Position numbers and translations under genes: made by a program. 64,000 bases of DNA, taken from positions 4,192,001 to 4,256,000 of the forward strand of contig OZ253470.1 of assembly GCA_965261735.1 (NCBI GenBank), given 5' to 3'. Shown piece after piece: positions 31,311 through 40,861 of the stretch. The stretch is from Alphaproteobacteria bacterium (GTDB lineage Bacteria; Pseudomonadota; Alphaproteobacteria; SHVV01). The notes below the pieces were generated by a model. The model was not told where the DNA came from, searched no databases, and saw nothing but the letters and a program-made list of their open reading frames with translations. Every line of letters begins with the position of its first letter. Position 1 is the first letter of the stretch.

Positions 31311-31633
31311 TCGATGCGCTCGACATACACTTCGACCCGACCCCCGCACGCCAAGCCCACCTCCCAGGCACGCGAGTTGCTCACGCCGAACGCGAGCAGG
31401 CGGGGTTCACCGCCGGTGATGACGTCGAGTGCCTCATGGACCACCGCGCCCTCGATGCAGCCGCCGGACACAGAGCCCACGAACGAGCCCGTCTCATCGA
31501 CCGCGAGCTGGCTGCCGACGGGCCGCGGCGAGGAGCCCCATGTGCTGACGACGGTGGCCAAGGCCACGCCCTTGTCCGCGGCCCTCCAGGCGGCCGCCGC
31601 TTCGAGGATGTCTTCGCCTGCCACGTCGGTCAT
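31307..31633 (-). CDS. XdhC/CoxI family protein (N-terminal part)
   Basis: ATVVSTWGSSPRP.GS, GSVSGGCIE, VGLACGG. Confidence 0.9.
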   Translation of the reverse strand: MTDVAGEDILEAAAAWRAADKGVALATVVSTWGSSPRPVGSQLAVDETGSFVGSVSGGCIEGAVVHEALDVITGGEPRLLAFGVSNSRAWEVGLACGGRVEVYVERIE

Positions 31634-32889
31634 GCCGGTACCCCGACCAACGCGCCCGGCGTTGCCGCATCGGCCGGTAGGAACGCCTCCACCCCACGGT
31701 CTCGCTCGCGCTCCGACGCCAATGCGTCCGCGAGGTCGGTGAGGCTCGCGAGATTGTGCACCGGCCGGAAATCGTCGACGTGGCAAATCATGGCACGGAT
31801 GCCCGAGGCGCGGGCCTCGAAGGCATCGTAACGCAGCAGCGGATTGAGCCAGATGAGGCGCCGGCAGGACTTGTGCAGGCGCTCGATCTGGGCCTCGAGT
31901 CCGGCCCCCGCATCGCGGTCGAGCCCGTCCGACACCAACAAGACGAGCGCGCCCTGGCCGAGCACGCGCCGCGACCAGCGGTTGTTGAACTCCTCGAGGA
32001 CCTTGCCGATCCGCGTACCCCCCGACCAATCTTCGACGGCCGCGACCACCTTCCCGAGCGCGACGTCGACGTCGCGGTGGCGCAGGTGACGGGTGATGTT
32101 GGTGAGGCGCGTGCCGAATAGGAAGGTGTGGACGCGGTCACGATCATTGGTGATGGCGTGCACGAAGTGGAGGAAGATCCGCGAGTAGCTGCTCATCGAG
32201 CCGGAAATGTCGCACAGGATGACGAGCGGGGGGCGCCGAGCTAGCCGCGCGCGCCGCCGCAGCGAAATGAGGCCGCCGCCGTAGCGCAGGCCCGAGCGCA
32301 AGGTCGCGCGCATGTCGATGCGACGGCCCCGCGCATCCGGTGTGAAGCGCCGCGTCGCCACCTCGTGAACAGGCAGGCGAAAGCGTGCTATCAGCCGCTT
32401 GGCCTGCCCCATCTCGTCGATCGTCATGGACTCGAAGTCGGTCTTCTGCAGCACCTCCTCGGCCGAATAGGTCAAGGTCGCGTCGAACGCCACCTCCTTG
32501 TCCTTTTCGTCGGGCCCACGTGCCTGCTGGCCCTGAGCCAGCGCCTCCGCGAGGCGACGGCTGGGCGGCGGCGTAGCGGGCTCCGGCACGGCCATGGCCA
32601 GGTCCGCCGCAAACAACTCGGCCAGCAAGTCGGGCTTGCGCCAAATGATGTGAAAAGCTTGGTCGAACAGCGCCTGGTGGTCGCGCCGGTTCACGAAGAC
32701 CGAGTTGAGCGCCCAATAGAAGTCGGCGCGGCTCTCGATACCCGCGGCCTCGACCGCCCGCACCGCCTCCAAGACCCGGCCCGGACCCGCGGGCAGCCCG
32801 GCCGCGCGCAGCACCCGCCCGAAATAGAGGATGTTCTCCGCCAACCTGCCTCTGAGCGGCTGCTCGTCGGTGAGGCGCCCGCTTGTCAT
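31630..32889 (-). CDS. coxE: CoxE-like vWA domain protein
   Basis: CDISGSM, FGTRLTNIT, WSGGTRIG, VSDGLD, WLNPL. Confidence 0.85.
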   Translation of the reverse strand: MTSGRLTDEQPLRGRLAENILYFGRVLRAAGLPAGPGRVLEAVRAVEAAGIESRADFYWALNSVFVNRRDHQALFDQAFHIIWRKPDLLAELFAADLAMAVPEPATPPPSRRLAEALAQGQQARGPDEKDKEVAFDATLTYSAEEVLQKTDFESMTIDEMGQAKRLIARFRLPVHEVATRRFTPDARGRRIDMRATLRSGLRYGGGLISLRRRARLARRPPLVILCDISGSMSSYSRIFLHFVHAITNDRDRVHTFLFGTRLTNITRHLRHRDVDVALGKVVAAVEDWSGGTRIGKVLEEFNNRWSRRVLGQGALVLLVSDGLDRDAGAGLEAQIERLHKSCRRLIWLNPLLRYDAFEARASGIRAMICHVDDFRPVHNLASLTDLADALASERERDRGVEAFLPADAATPGALVGVPA

Positions 32890-33803
32890 ACCGCCTCGGC
32901 AAGGTCGGCCTTGACGCGGTCGAGGATGTCGCCGACCTCGCTGTCGCGCACCCGAGCAATATCGTCCTGGTATTTGAGCAGGACCCCCAACGTATCGCCG
33001 ACGACCTGGCGGTCGAGCGCCGTGGCGTTGAGCTGCATCAACGCGTCCGCCCACTCGATGGTCTCGGCGATGCCCGGCACCTTGAACAGGTCGACCCTGC
33101 GTAGCTCCTGAACGAAGGCCACGAGCTGTTGCCCGAGTCGCTCGCCGGCGCCCGGCACCTTGAGGGCGAGAATGGCACGCTCGCGCTCGGCGTCGGGGAA
33201 CTCGACCCAGTGGTAGTAGCAGCGCCGCTTGAGCGCGTCGTGAATCTCGCGCGTTCGGTTCGATGTGATAATGACGATCGGCGGCTTGGCGGCGCGCACC
33301 GTACCGATCTCCGGGATCGTGATCTGGAAGTCGCCGAGAATCTCAAGCAGGAACGCCTCGAACGGCTCGTCCGTGCGGTCGAGCTCGTCGATCAGCAGGA
33401 CGGGTGGGCCGACATCGTCCACTTCGAGCGCCCTCAGCAGCGGCCGCTTGATTAGGAAGCGCTCGGAGAACACGTCGTCTCCTAGCCGCTTGCGGTCCTC
33501 GATCCCCTCGGCCTCCGCCATTCGGATCTCGATCATCTGTGCGGCGTAGTTCCACTCGTACACGGCAGAGCCGAGGTCGAGGCCCTCGTAGCACTGCAAT
33601 CGTTCGAGCCGCCGGCCGAGCATCTCGGCCAGCACCCGCGCGATCTCGGTCTTGCCGACGCCGGCCTCGCCCTCGAGAAACAGGGGTCGCCCGAGCTTGA
33701 GGCTCAAGAAAAGCGTGGTGGCCAAACTACGGTCGGCGATGTAGTCGCCCGCCCGTAACAGATCGAGCGTCTCGTCGATCGACTGGGGTAGCGATCGCGG
33801 CAT
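32886..33803 (-). CDS. coxD: CoxD-like MoxR AAA+ ATPase
   Basis: GEAGVGKT, LQCYEG, LIDELD, TSNRTRE..DALKRRC. Confidence 0.88.
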   Translation of the reverse strand: MPRSLPQSIDETLDLLRAGDYIADRSLATTLFLSLKLGRPLFLEGEAGVGKTEIARVLAEMLGRRLERLQCYEGLDLGSAVYEWNYAAQMIEIRMAEAEGIEDRKRLGDDVFSERFLIKRPLLRALEVDDVGPPVLLIDELDRTDEPFEAFLLEILGDFQITIPEIGTVRAAKPPIVIITSNRTREIHDALKRRCYYHWVEFPDAERERAILALKVPGAGERLGQQLVAFVQELRRVDLFKVPGIAETIEWADALMQLNATALDRQVVGDTLGVLLKYQDDIARVRDSEVGDILDRVKADLAEAV

Positions 33804-33890
33804 GGGTGTCAAACTAGGGAAAGGCGGCGTAAAGGACAAGGGACGGCGGCGCGCCGCCGGCCACCGGGCGCGCGCTGGTCGGGCCGGGCG

Positions 33891-34685
33891 CTAACCGCAG
33901 GCGATGACGGCCCGCTTGGCGAGAACGCCTACGAGGTGCGCCCGGTACTCGGCCGAGCCGTGGATGTCGGAGTTGAGCTCGTCGGGCGAGATCGCGATGC
34001 CCTCGATGGCCGAAGGCGCGAAGTCCTTGGCCAGCGCGGCCTCGATCTCGCCGACCCGGAATGCGGTAGCGCCTGCCCCCGCGACCGCGCAGCGTACGCT
34101 GGCGCCCGTCTTGGCGACGAACACCCCGACAATAGCGAAGCGGGAAGCGGGGTTGGGGAACTTGATGTAGGCGGCCTTATCCGGCACCGGGAAGTCGACC
34201 CTGGTGACGAGCTCGCCCTCTTCGAGGGCGGTCTCGAACAGCCCGGTGAAGAAGTCGTCGGCCGCGATCTCGCGCTTGGTGGTGTACACGGTCGCATTCA
34301 GGCCGAGCACGGCGGCGGGGTAGTCGGCGGCCGGATCGTTGTTGCAAATGGAGCCGCCGAGCGTACCGCAGTGGCGCACTTGGGGATCGCCGATGCTGCC
34401 TGCGAGCTGAGCCAGCGCGGGGACCGCCTTTTGCACCTCGGGCGAGTCGGCGACCGCCTCGTGGATCGTCATGGCCCCGATGGTTACGACCTTGCCGGCC
34501 ACCGAAATACCCCTGAGTTCGTCGACGGCGCCGAGATCGACGAGGTCCGACACGCGCGCGAGTCGCATCTTGAGCGGCGGGACGAGCGACATGCCACCGG
34601 CGAGCGCCTTGCCATCCGCTGCCTTGGCCAGGGCCGCCTCGGCCTCTTTCAGGGTGCCCGGGCGGCTGTAGTCGAATTCATACAT
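33891..34685 (-). CDS. coxM: Molybdenum hydroxylase FAD subunit (CoxM-like)
   Basis: LAGGMSL, IGDPQVR..GTLGGS, NDPAADYPA. Confidence 0.88.
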   Translation of the reverse strand: MYEFDYSRPGTLKEAEAALAKAADGKALAGGMSLVPPLKMRLARVSDLVDLGAVDELRGISVAGKVVTIGAMTIHEAVADSPEVQKAVPALAQLAGSIGDPQVRHCGTLGGSICNNDPAADYPAAVLGLNATVYTTKREIAADDFFTGLFETALEEGELVTRVDFPVPDKAAYIKFPNPASRFAIVGVFVAKTGASVRCAVAGAGATAFRVGEIEAALAKDFAPSAIEGIAISPDELNSDIHGSAEYRAHLVGVLAKRAVIACG

Positions 34686-34700
34686 GGCGCGATGCCTCCC

Positions 34701-35180
34701 TTAACCCGCGCCGGCCATCGCCTTGGCGCCCGCGTCGATCGCCTTGACGATATTGTGATAGCCGGTGCAGCGGCACATGTTGCCGTCGAGATTGGTGCGA
34801 ATGGTGGTCTCGTCGGGGCTCGGGATACGGCGCACCAGATCGAGCGCAGCCATGACCATGCCGGGCGTGCAGAAGCCGCACTGCAACCCGTGATGCTCGC
34901 GGAACGCCTCCTGCATCGGGTGGAGCACGCCATCCTTGGCGACGCCCTCGATGGTCAACACGTCCTGTCCATCGACCTGGGCCGCGAACAGCGAGCACGA
35001 TTTCACGGAAACGCCGTTGAGGTGGACGGTACAGGCGCCGCACTGGGTCGTGTCGCAACCGACATGGGTGCCCGTTAGGCGAAGATTCTCGCGCAGAAAC
35101 TGAACCAGCAACGTGCGGGATTCGACCTCGCCCGAGACTTCCTTACCGTTCACCCTAAAGGATATGGAATGGATTGCCAT
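34701..35180 (-). CDS. coxS: Molybdenum hydroxylase 2x[2Fe-2S] subunit (CoxS-like)
   Basis: [25 protein letters not shown]. Confidence 0.9.
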   Translation of the reverse strand: MAIHSISFRVNGKEVSGEVESRTLLVQFLRENLRLTGTHVGCDTTQCGACTVHLNGVSVKSCSLFAAQVDGQDVLTIEGVAKDGVLHPMQEAFREHHGLQCGFCTPGMVMAALDLVRRIPSPDETTIRTNLDGNMCRCTGYHNIVKAIDAGAKAMAGAG

Positions 35181-35272
35181 ACCCGTCCTCCCTGTTTATT
35201 GCCGCCCCGCACGGCGCGGCAAAGTTCGCCTCATGACGAGCGCCTGTCAAGCAATGCGCGCGGCGCCCGCCC

Positions 35273-37630
35273 TCAGGCCGCCGTTTTTAGAGCCTGCCAT
35301 ACTCGGTCCGCCGTCGCCGGCATGTCGACGTGCGCGACGCCGAGAGCGTCGGTCAAGGCGTTGATGACCGCCGCCGGCGCCGCGATCGCTCCGGCCTCGC
35401 CGCATCCCTTGACCCCCAGCGGGTTGTGCGGGCACAGCGTTTCGGTGAAGCCGAGATTGAAGCTCGTAAGATCGTCCGCGCGCGGTATCGTGTAGTCCAT
35501 AAACGAGCCGGTGAGCAGCTGGCCCGACTCGGGGTCGTGAACGCAGCCCTCGAGCAGCGCCTGGCCTACGCCGTGGGCGACGCCGCCGTGGACCTGTCCC
35601 TCGACGATCATCGGGTTGATGAGCTTGCCGAAGTCGTCGACCGCCGTGTAGTTGACGATCTTGACGCTGCCCGTCTCGGGGTCGACCTCGACCTCGCAGA
35701 TATGGCAGCCGGCTGGGAAGGTGAAATTCGGCGGGTCGTAGAACGCGGTCTCGTCGAGGCCGGGCTCGAGCTCCCCAAGCGGGTAGCTGTGGGGCACGTA
35801 TGCGGCGAAGGCGACTTCGCCTATTCCCATGGTCTTGTCGGTGCCCGTGACGGAGTAGGTGCCGTCGCTGAACTCGATGTCCGCCTCGGCTGCTTCAAGT
35901 GCGTGGGCTGCGATCTTCCGTCCCTTGGCAACGATCTTGTCGGCGGCTTTGGCGATCGCGGAACCACCAACGCCGGCAGATCGCGAGCCGTAGGTTCCCA
36001 TCCCGAAGGGCCCCACCGCCGTATCACCGTGCACGACTTCGACGTTTTCGATCGCGACGCCGAGCCTATCCGCCACGATTTGCGCCAGGGTCGTCTCGTG
36101 ACTCTGCCCCTGGGCCTGCGCCCCCGTGAGTACAGTAACGTTCCCGGTGGGATTGAAGCGGATTTGTGCGGCCTCCCATAACCCAAGGCCGAAGCCGATT
36201 TCGCCGGCGACGTTGGACGGGGCCAGGCCGCAGGCTTCGATGTAACTCGAGAACCCAATCCCACGCAGCTTGCCGCGTCCCTTGGCCGCCTCGCGGCGAC
36301 CTGCAAAACCCGCGTAGTCCGCCATGGCCACGGCCTTGTCGAGGATCGGCTCGTAGTTGCCGCTGTCGTACGTGACCACCACGGGCGTTTGGTAAGGGAA
36401 CGCGTCCGGCGGCACGAAGTTACGGCGGCGAATCTCGGCGGCATCGATGCCCATCTCGCGCGCCGCCTTCTCCACCAGTCGCTCGACGACATACGTGGCT
36501 TCGGGCCGGCCGGCGCCGCGTAGAAGATCCACCGGGGAGGTGTGGGTGAAGACCGCCTTTACGTTGACGTGGATGGCTGGCGTTCGATATTGGCCGGCGA
36601 AAAGCAAGCCATGGAGCCAAGTCGGGATACCCGTGGCGGTGGTCGTCAGGTAGGCGCCCATATTGGCGATGGTGTTGGCGCGTATCCCGAGGAAGATGCC
36701 GCCCTGGTCGAGCGCCAGCTCGGCTTCGGTGACATGGTCACGACCGTGAACATCCGCGACGAAGGCCTCGGAGCGATCCGCGGTCCACTTGACTGGGCGG
36801 CCCACCTTCTTAGCCGCCCACGTACACACGATCTCCTCGGCGTAGACCGGCAGCTTCGATCCGAAGCCGCCGCCGATGTCGGGGGCTACCACCCTTAGCT
36901 TGTGCTCGGGCGCGACATTGTTGAACGCGGACATGATCACCCGTGCGACGTGCGGATTCTGGCTTGTCACATAAAGCGTGAATCTGTCGCTGCCAGGATC
37001 GTAGTCGCCGACCGCGGCACGTGGCTCCACCGCGTTCGGTACCATCCGGTTGTTAACGAGTTCCAGCTTGGTGACGTGGTGGGCGCTGGCGAACGCCTCG
37101 TCGGTCGCGTTCTTGTCGCCGACTTCCCAATCGAAACACAGGTTGCCGGGCGCCTCCGCGTGGATTTGCGGCGCGCCCGACTCGAGCGCTTTGTCCGTGG
37201 GCACGCAGGCCGGCAGCACTTCATAGTCGACAACGACTTGTTCGGCCGCGTCGCGTGCCTGCGCAAGCGTGTCGGCGATGACCACGGCGACCCGATCACC
37301 AACAAATCGGACCGTATCCTTAGCTAAGGCCGGATAGGGCGGCGTCTTGGCCTTCTCGCCATCTTTGCTGGTGACCACCCAGCCGCAGATCGGGCCGACG
37401 ATGCCGTCGGCGTCGAGGTCGGCGCCGGTGAAAACACCGACGACGCCCGGTGCCTTCCTCGCCGCCGCAACGTCGAGGCGCGTGATCCTGGCGTGCGCGT
37501 GTGGCGAGCGCAGGAAGACGGCGTAGGCTTGCCCGGGGCGGTCGATGTCATCGGTGTAGGTGCCGCGGCCGGTGAGGAAGCGGTAGTCCTCCTTACGCCT
37601 GACGCTCGCGCCGATCCCGTCTTCAGCCAT
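35273..37630 (-). CDS. coxL: Molybdenum hydroxylase large subunit (form II CoxL-like; not form I CODH)
   Basis: [37 protein letters not shown]. Confidence 0.85.
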   Translation of the reverse strand: MAEDGIGASVRRKEDYRFLTGRGTYTDDIDRPGQAYAVFLRSPHAHARITRLDVAAARKAPGVVGVFTGADLDADGIVGPICGWVVTSKDGEKAKTPPYPALAKDTVRFVGDRVAVVIADTLAQARDAAEQVVVDYEVLPACVPTDKALESGAPQIHAEAPGNLCFDWEVGDKNATDEAFASAHHVTKLELVNNRMVPNAVEPRAAVGDYDPGSDRFTLYVTSQNPHVARVIMSAFNNVAPEHKLRVVAPDIGGGFGSKLPVYAEEIVCTWAAKKVGRPVKWTADRSEAFVADVHGRDHVTEAELALDQGGIFLGIRANTIANMGAYLTTTATGIPTWLHGLLFAGQYRTPAIHVNVKAVFTHTSPVDLLRGAGRPEATYVVERLVEKAAREMGIDAAEIRRRNFVPPDAFPYQTPVVVTYDSGNYEPILDKAVAMADYAGFAGRREAAKGRGKLRGIGFSSYIEACGLAPSNVAGEIGFGLGLWEAAQIRFNPTGNVTVLTGAQAQGQSHETTLAQIVADRLGVAIENVEVVHGDTAVGPFGMGTYGSRSAGVGGSAIAKAADKIVAKGRKIAAHALEAAEADIEFSDGTYSVTGTDKTMGIGEVAFAAYVPHSYPLGELEPGLDETAFYDPPNFTFPAGCHICEVEVDPETGSVKIVNYTAVDDFGKLINPMIVEGQVHGGVAHGVGQALLEGCVHDPESGQLLTGSFMDYTIPRADDLTSFNLGFTETLCPHNPLGVKGCGEAGAIAAPAAVINALTDALGVAHVDMPATADRVWQALKTAA

Positions 37631-37761
37631 ATCGCTGCTCCTCCCGACGCGCTGCCTCGCGCGTTCGCGGCGGGTCTTTACTTCTTAGTTGTTTGTACCG
37701 ATTGCCCACCGCCACCAGTGTCGGACCGGGTAGCGCCGGGCGTCAAGCGAGAACGTACGTC

Positions 37762-38340
37762 CTAGCCCCCGCGGGAGACGTAGTAGAGCAGCGCGACCAT
37801 GACCAGGAACAGGAGGGAGGGCCACAAGACGTACCCGAACGTGCCCTTTTCGGGAGGCGCCGGCGTGGGAACGGCCGCAGGTAGCGCGGCTGCCGCCGGA
37901 GCGGGGAAATGGCCGCTGAACTGGGCGAAAAAGGCTTTGGCCTGCTGTTGCGCGACGCTGTCGATGAGGCGGGAGCCGATCTGCGCCAGCTTCCCGCCCA
38001 CGGAGGCGCTCACCTTGTAGCCGAGCATCGTTTCCTGGCCGTCCTCGGTCAGGGTGACATCGACGCTGCCCTTGGCGAAGCCGACCCCGCCCGCGCCCTG
38101 ACCCTCGCCTGAGATCGTGTAGGCGTTGGGCGGGTCGAGATTGGACAACGTGACCTTGCCTTGGAACTTGGCCCGGAGTGGCCCAACCTTGGCGTTGACG
38201 GTGGCGGTGAACTCGGTATCGGAAAGTCGCTCGATCTTTTCACAGCCCGTGATCGACGCGCGTAGGACCTCGGGGTCGTTGAGGGCCTCCCACACCTGTC
38301 GCTTGGGGGCCGCGATCCGGTACTCGCCCGTCAGGTTCAT
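37762..38340 (-). CDS. coxG: CoxG-like SRPBCC protein with C-terminal membrane anchor
   Basis: VWEALNDP.VL, GGKLAQIGSRLI, C-terminal TM. Confidence 0.85.
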   Translation of the reverse strand: MNLTGEYRIAAPKRQVWEALNDPEVLRASITGCEKIERLSDTEFTATVNAKVGPLRAKFQGKVTLSNLDPPNAYTISGEGQGAGGVGFAKGSVDVTLTEDGQETMLGYKVSASVGGKLAQIGSRLIDSVAQQQAKAFFAQFSGHFPAPAAAALPAAVPTPAPPEKGTFGYVLWPSLLFLVMVALLYYVSRGG

Positions 38341-38487
38341 TTCTTGCCACCCCGCATTCGGCGCGTTGGGCGGAACCTAGTTCAGTCGGCGGGCCGGGTG
38401 CAAGGTTGAGGTGGCGCGAGGCGTCCGCGGTTTATAGAATCTTTACCTCGTTTACCGGAAAATTATCGCTCTCGGGAGGGAGGAGAC

Positions 38488-38712
38488 GTGACACCCGCCG
38501 TTCGCTCAACGCTCGATGTAGTCTTGTGGTTCCTCGACCGCGCCGCGTCGGCGGGCAGCCATCTGTCGGCGCGCCGGCTGCAATGCCTGCTGTTCATGGC
38601 TCAAGCGCGCTACGCGCGAGCCAACGACGGCCGCAAACTAATGCCGGCGACGTTCCTCGCCGCCGAGGCCGGGCCCATCGAACCCACGATTTACCACATC
38701 ATGGGGCACGGC
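38488..38712 (+). pseudogene. Panacea/DUF4065 (GepA/SocA-like) domain gene, truncated by an IS fragment
   Basis: DVVLWFL...LS..RLQ.LLF.AQ..Y...LM..F.A...GPIEP.IY, then IS1595 sequence. Confidence 0.55.
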
Positions 38713-38874
38713 GGCGGCGCAGGCCGCATCATCGGGGAAAAGTCGCTGGAACTCGGGTAGCGAATGCGGGAATGGGAGATCGGCGCGGTCGAGAACATCC
38801 ATGGCGCGCTCCCCTATATCCGGGTTGCGCCCATTCTAGCCCTAGCGGGTGTGGGTGTAAACCGGATAGGCAAG
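38713..38874 (-). mobile_element. IS1595 left-end fragment
   Basis: Near-identical to 52724-52885, includes one terminal IR. Confidence 0.88.
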
Positions 38875-38899
38875 AACATACATCCTCACAGGCGGAGTG

Positions 38900-40624
38900 T
38901 CACGGATAAGCAGGAAAGAAATAGAGAAGAAGAGTCGCGATTAGCGCGACCGCGACCCACAACACCGCCGCTCCCGTGGACCAGGTTCTTGCGAGGACCC
39001 CTTGGGGGCCGGCAAGCCGAACCAATTCCTCGATCCATGCCTGCGCCTGTTGGCGGGCCAGAGCGCGAACGTCGCGGTCGAGGGCGGTGATGGCGCCGCC
39101 TAGGCGCCCGAACGCGCGCGGTGCGAGCCAGCGATAGACCCATTCAGCGTCGAGGTTTGTGGATCGCAACTCGGGTGGATAGACGCCGGAGAGCATCAGC
39201 CAGGCAAACGCGAGGGCCGAGAAGAACAGAAGTTGAAGCTGGGTGAGGACGTGGCCGGCCGTGTAGGGAACATAGTCGACGGAGTAGGGGAGGAAGTCGT
39301 AGAGAACCCACGGGTACGAGCCGTTGAACACGCACAGGGCCGCCGCGATGCCCATGGCCAGCAGCATGTTCCACGGCGGCTCCTTGGTGCGAATCCCTGA
39401 ATCGTGGGCGAAGAACGCGAAGTAGGGAATCTTGATGCCGGCGTGGTGGAACACGCCCGCCGATGCGAACAGCAGCACCAGCCAGATCCACACGTGGCCC
39501 CCCTCGAGCGCGGCCGTCATTACCATCGACTTGGAGACGAAGCCGCTGAACAGCGGGAACGCCGAAATCGAGGCCGCGCCCACGAGGCACAGGCTGGCGG
39601 TCAGCGGCATGGTCTTGTAGAGGCCGCCGAGGTCGGTGCCGTTGATCCGGCCGGTCATGTGCAGCACCGCCCCCATCGACATGAATAGGAGCGCCTTGAA
39701 GATCACGTCGTTGAACGCGTGCGACACCGCGCCGTTGAGCGCCAGCGCCGTGCCGAGCCCGATGCCGACCACCATGAATCCGATCTGGTTGATCATGCTG
39801 TAAGCGAGCACGCGACGCAGGTCGTTCTCGATGACCGCGTAGAAGATGGGGAACAGCGTCATCAACGCGCCGACATAGATAAGGAGCTCGGTTCCCGGAA
39901 AGCCGCGCGCCAGCGCGTACACCGCGACCTTGGTGGTGAAGGCACTGAGAAAAACGGTGCCGGTCGGCGTCGCCGCCGGATAGGCGTCGGTGAGCCAGTT
40001 ATGGAGGAGGGGAAACGCGCACTTGATGCCGAAGGCGACAAGGATGAGCCAGCTCGCGGGCCCGTCGAGCCCGATAAACTCGAACGCGAGCGAGCCGGTC
40101 GCTCGGTAGTGGAGTGCGGCGCCGGCCAGCAGCAGCACGCCAGAAAGAACCTGGATGACGAGGTAGCGCATGCTGATGGCGGGCGAGGCCGGTGCGCGCC
40201 GGGCCCACACGAGATAGGCCGAGCTCAGCGCCAACGCCTCCCAGAACAGGAACAGCGTAATCAGGTCGCCGGCGAAGACGGCGCCGAGCGCGCTGCCCGC
40301 ATAGACGAGCCCGGCAACGTGCTGGCCCCGCTCTTTTACGTGGAGCGAGAACAGGATCGCTATGAACGCGGCGAGGTGGAAGAGGTAGCCGAACAACCGG
40401 CTCAGTGGGTCGACTCGGAGCAGCACATGGCCGTCGTTGACGAAGCGGGTAGTCGCGTGGATGCCGGGCTCCAGCGTCGCCACGTTGGCCGCGCCGAGCA
40501 GCACCGTGAGCAGAAGGGCCGCGCCGCGCGCCCGCCCCGGTAGCGCGAGGACCGCCAGCGCTCCGGCGAAAAAGATGAACGCCGGTGGCATGTTCCATGG
40601 CAGCCCGGCGATATCAATCGCCAT
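38900..40624 (-). CDS. Mrp/Mnh antiporter D/A-like subunit
   Basis: FWE, LHNWLTDAYP.A..TG, YSMINQIG, FSGFVSK. Confidence 0.85.
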   Translation of the reverse strand: MAIDIAGLPWNMPPAFIFFAGALAVLALPGRARGAALLLTVLLGAANVATLEPGIHATTRFVNDGHVLLRVDPLSRLFGYLFHLAAFIAILFSLHVKERGQHVAGLVYAGSALGAVFAGDLITLFLFWEALALSSAYLVWARRAPASPAISMRYLVIQVLSGVLLLAGAALHYRATGSLAFEFIGLDGPASWLILVAFGIKCAFPLLHNWLTDAYPAATPTGTVFLSAFTTKVAVYALARGFPGTELLIYVGALMTLFPIFYAVIENDLRRVLAYSMINQIGFMVVGIGLGTALALNGAVSHAFNDVIFKALLFMSMGAVLHMTGRINGTDLGGLYKTMPLTASLCLVGAASISAFPLFSGFVSKSMVMTAALEGGHVWIWLVLLFASAGVFHHAGIKIPYFAFFAHDSGIRTKEPPWNMLLAMGIAAALCVFNGSYPWVLYDFLPYSVDYVPYTAGHVLTQLQLLFFSALAFAWLMLSGVYPPELRSTNLDAEWVYRWLAPRAFGRLGGAITALDRDVRALARQQAQAWIEELVRLAGPQGVLARTWSTGAAVLWVAVALIATLLLYFFPAYP

Positions 40625-40856
40625 AGTGATCCTCGCGCCGCACCACCATCCGACGCAGTCCCTTGGCGAGTAGGACCAGAGTGACGCAGGCGACGAAGCC
40701 ATACAGGGCGTAAAAGCCCCAAAAGGCCTCCACCGGGTGCTCCGCGTGCCGATCGAAGGCGAAGTCGGCGAGCAGGAGGATCGCGCACAGCGCGTGAAGG
40801 GCGTACAGCAGGCGGCGTACGTTGGCCGGATTGTCGAAGAGATGCTTCTTGTCCAC
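40614..40856 (-). CDS. Small membrane protein of the Mrp operon
   Basis: FDNP.NVRR...GFYALYGF.AC..LV..AK.LR..V.R.E.HY; overlaps the downstream gene. Confidence 0.7.
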   Translation of the reverse strand: MDKKHLFDNPANVRRLLYALHALCAILLLADFAFDRHAEHPVEAFWGFYALYGFVACVTLVLLAKGLRRMVVRREDHYGD

Positions 40857-40861
40857 CGCGC

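Noticed and set aside
35273-37630. Bona fide (form I) aerobic CO dehydrogenase
   Set aside because: Lacks the Cu-binding AYxCSFR motif
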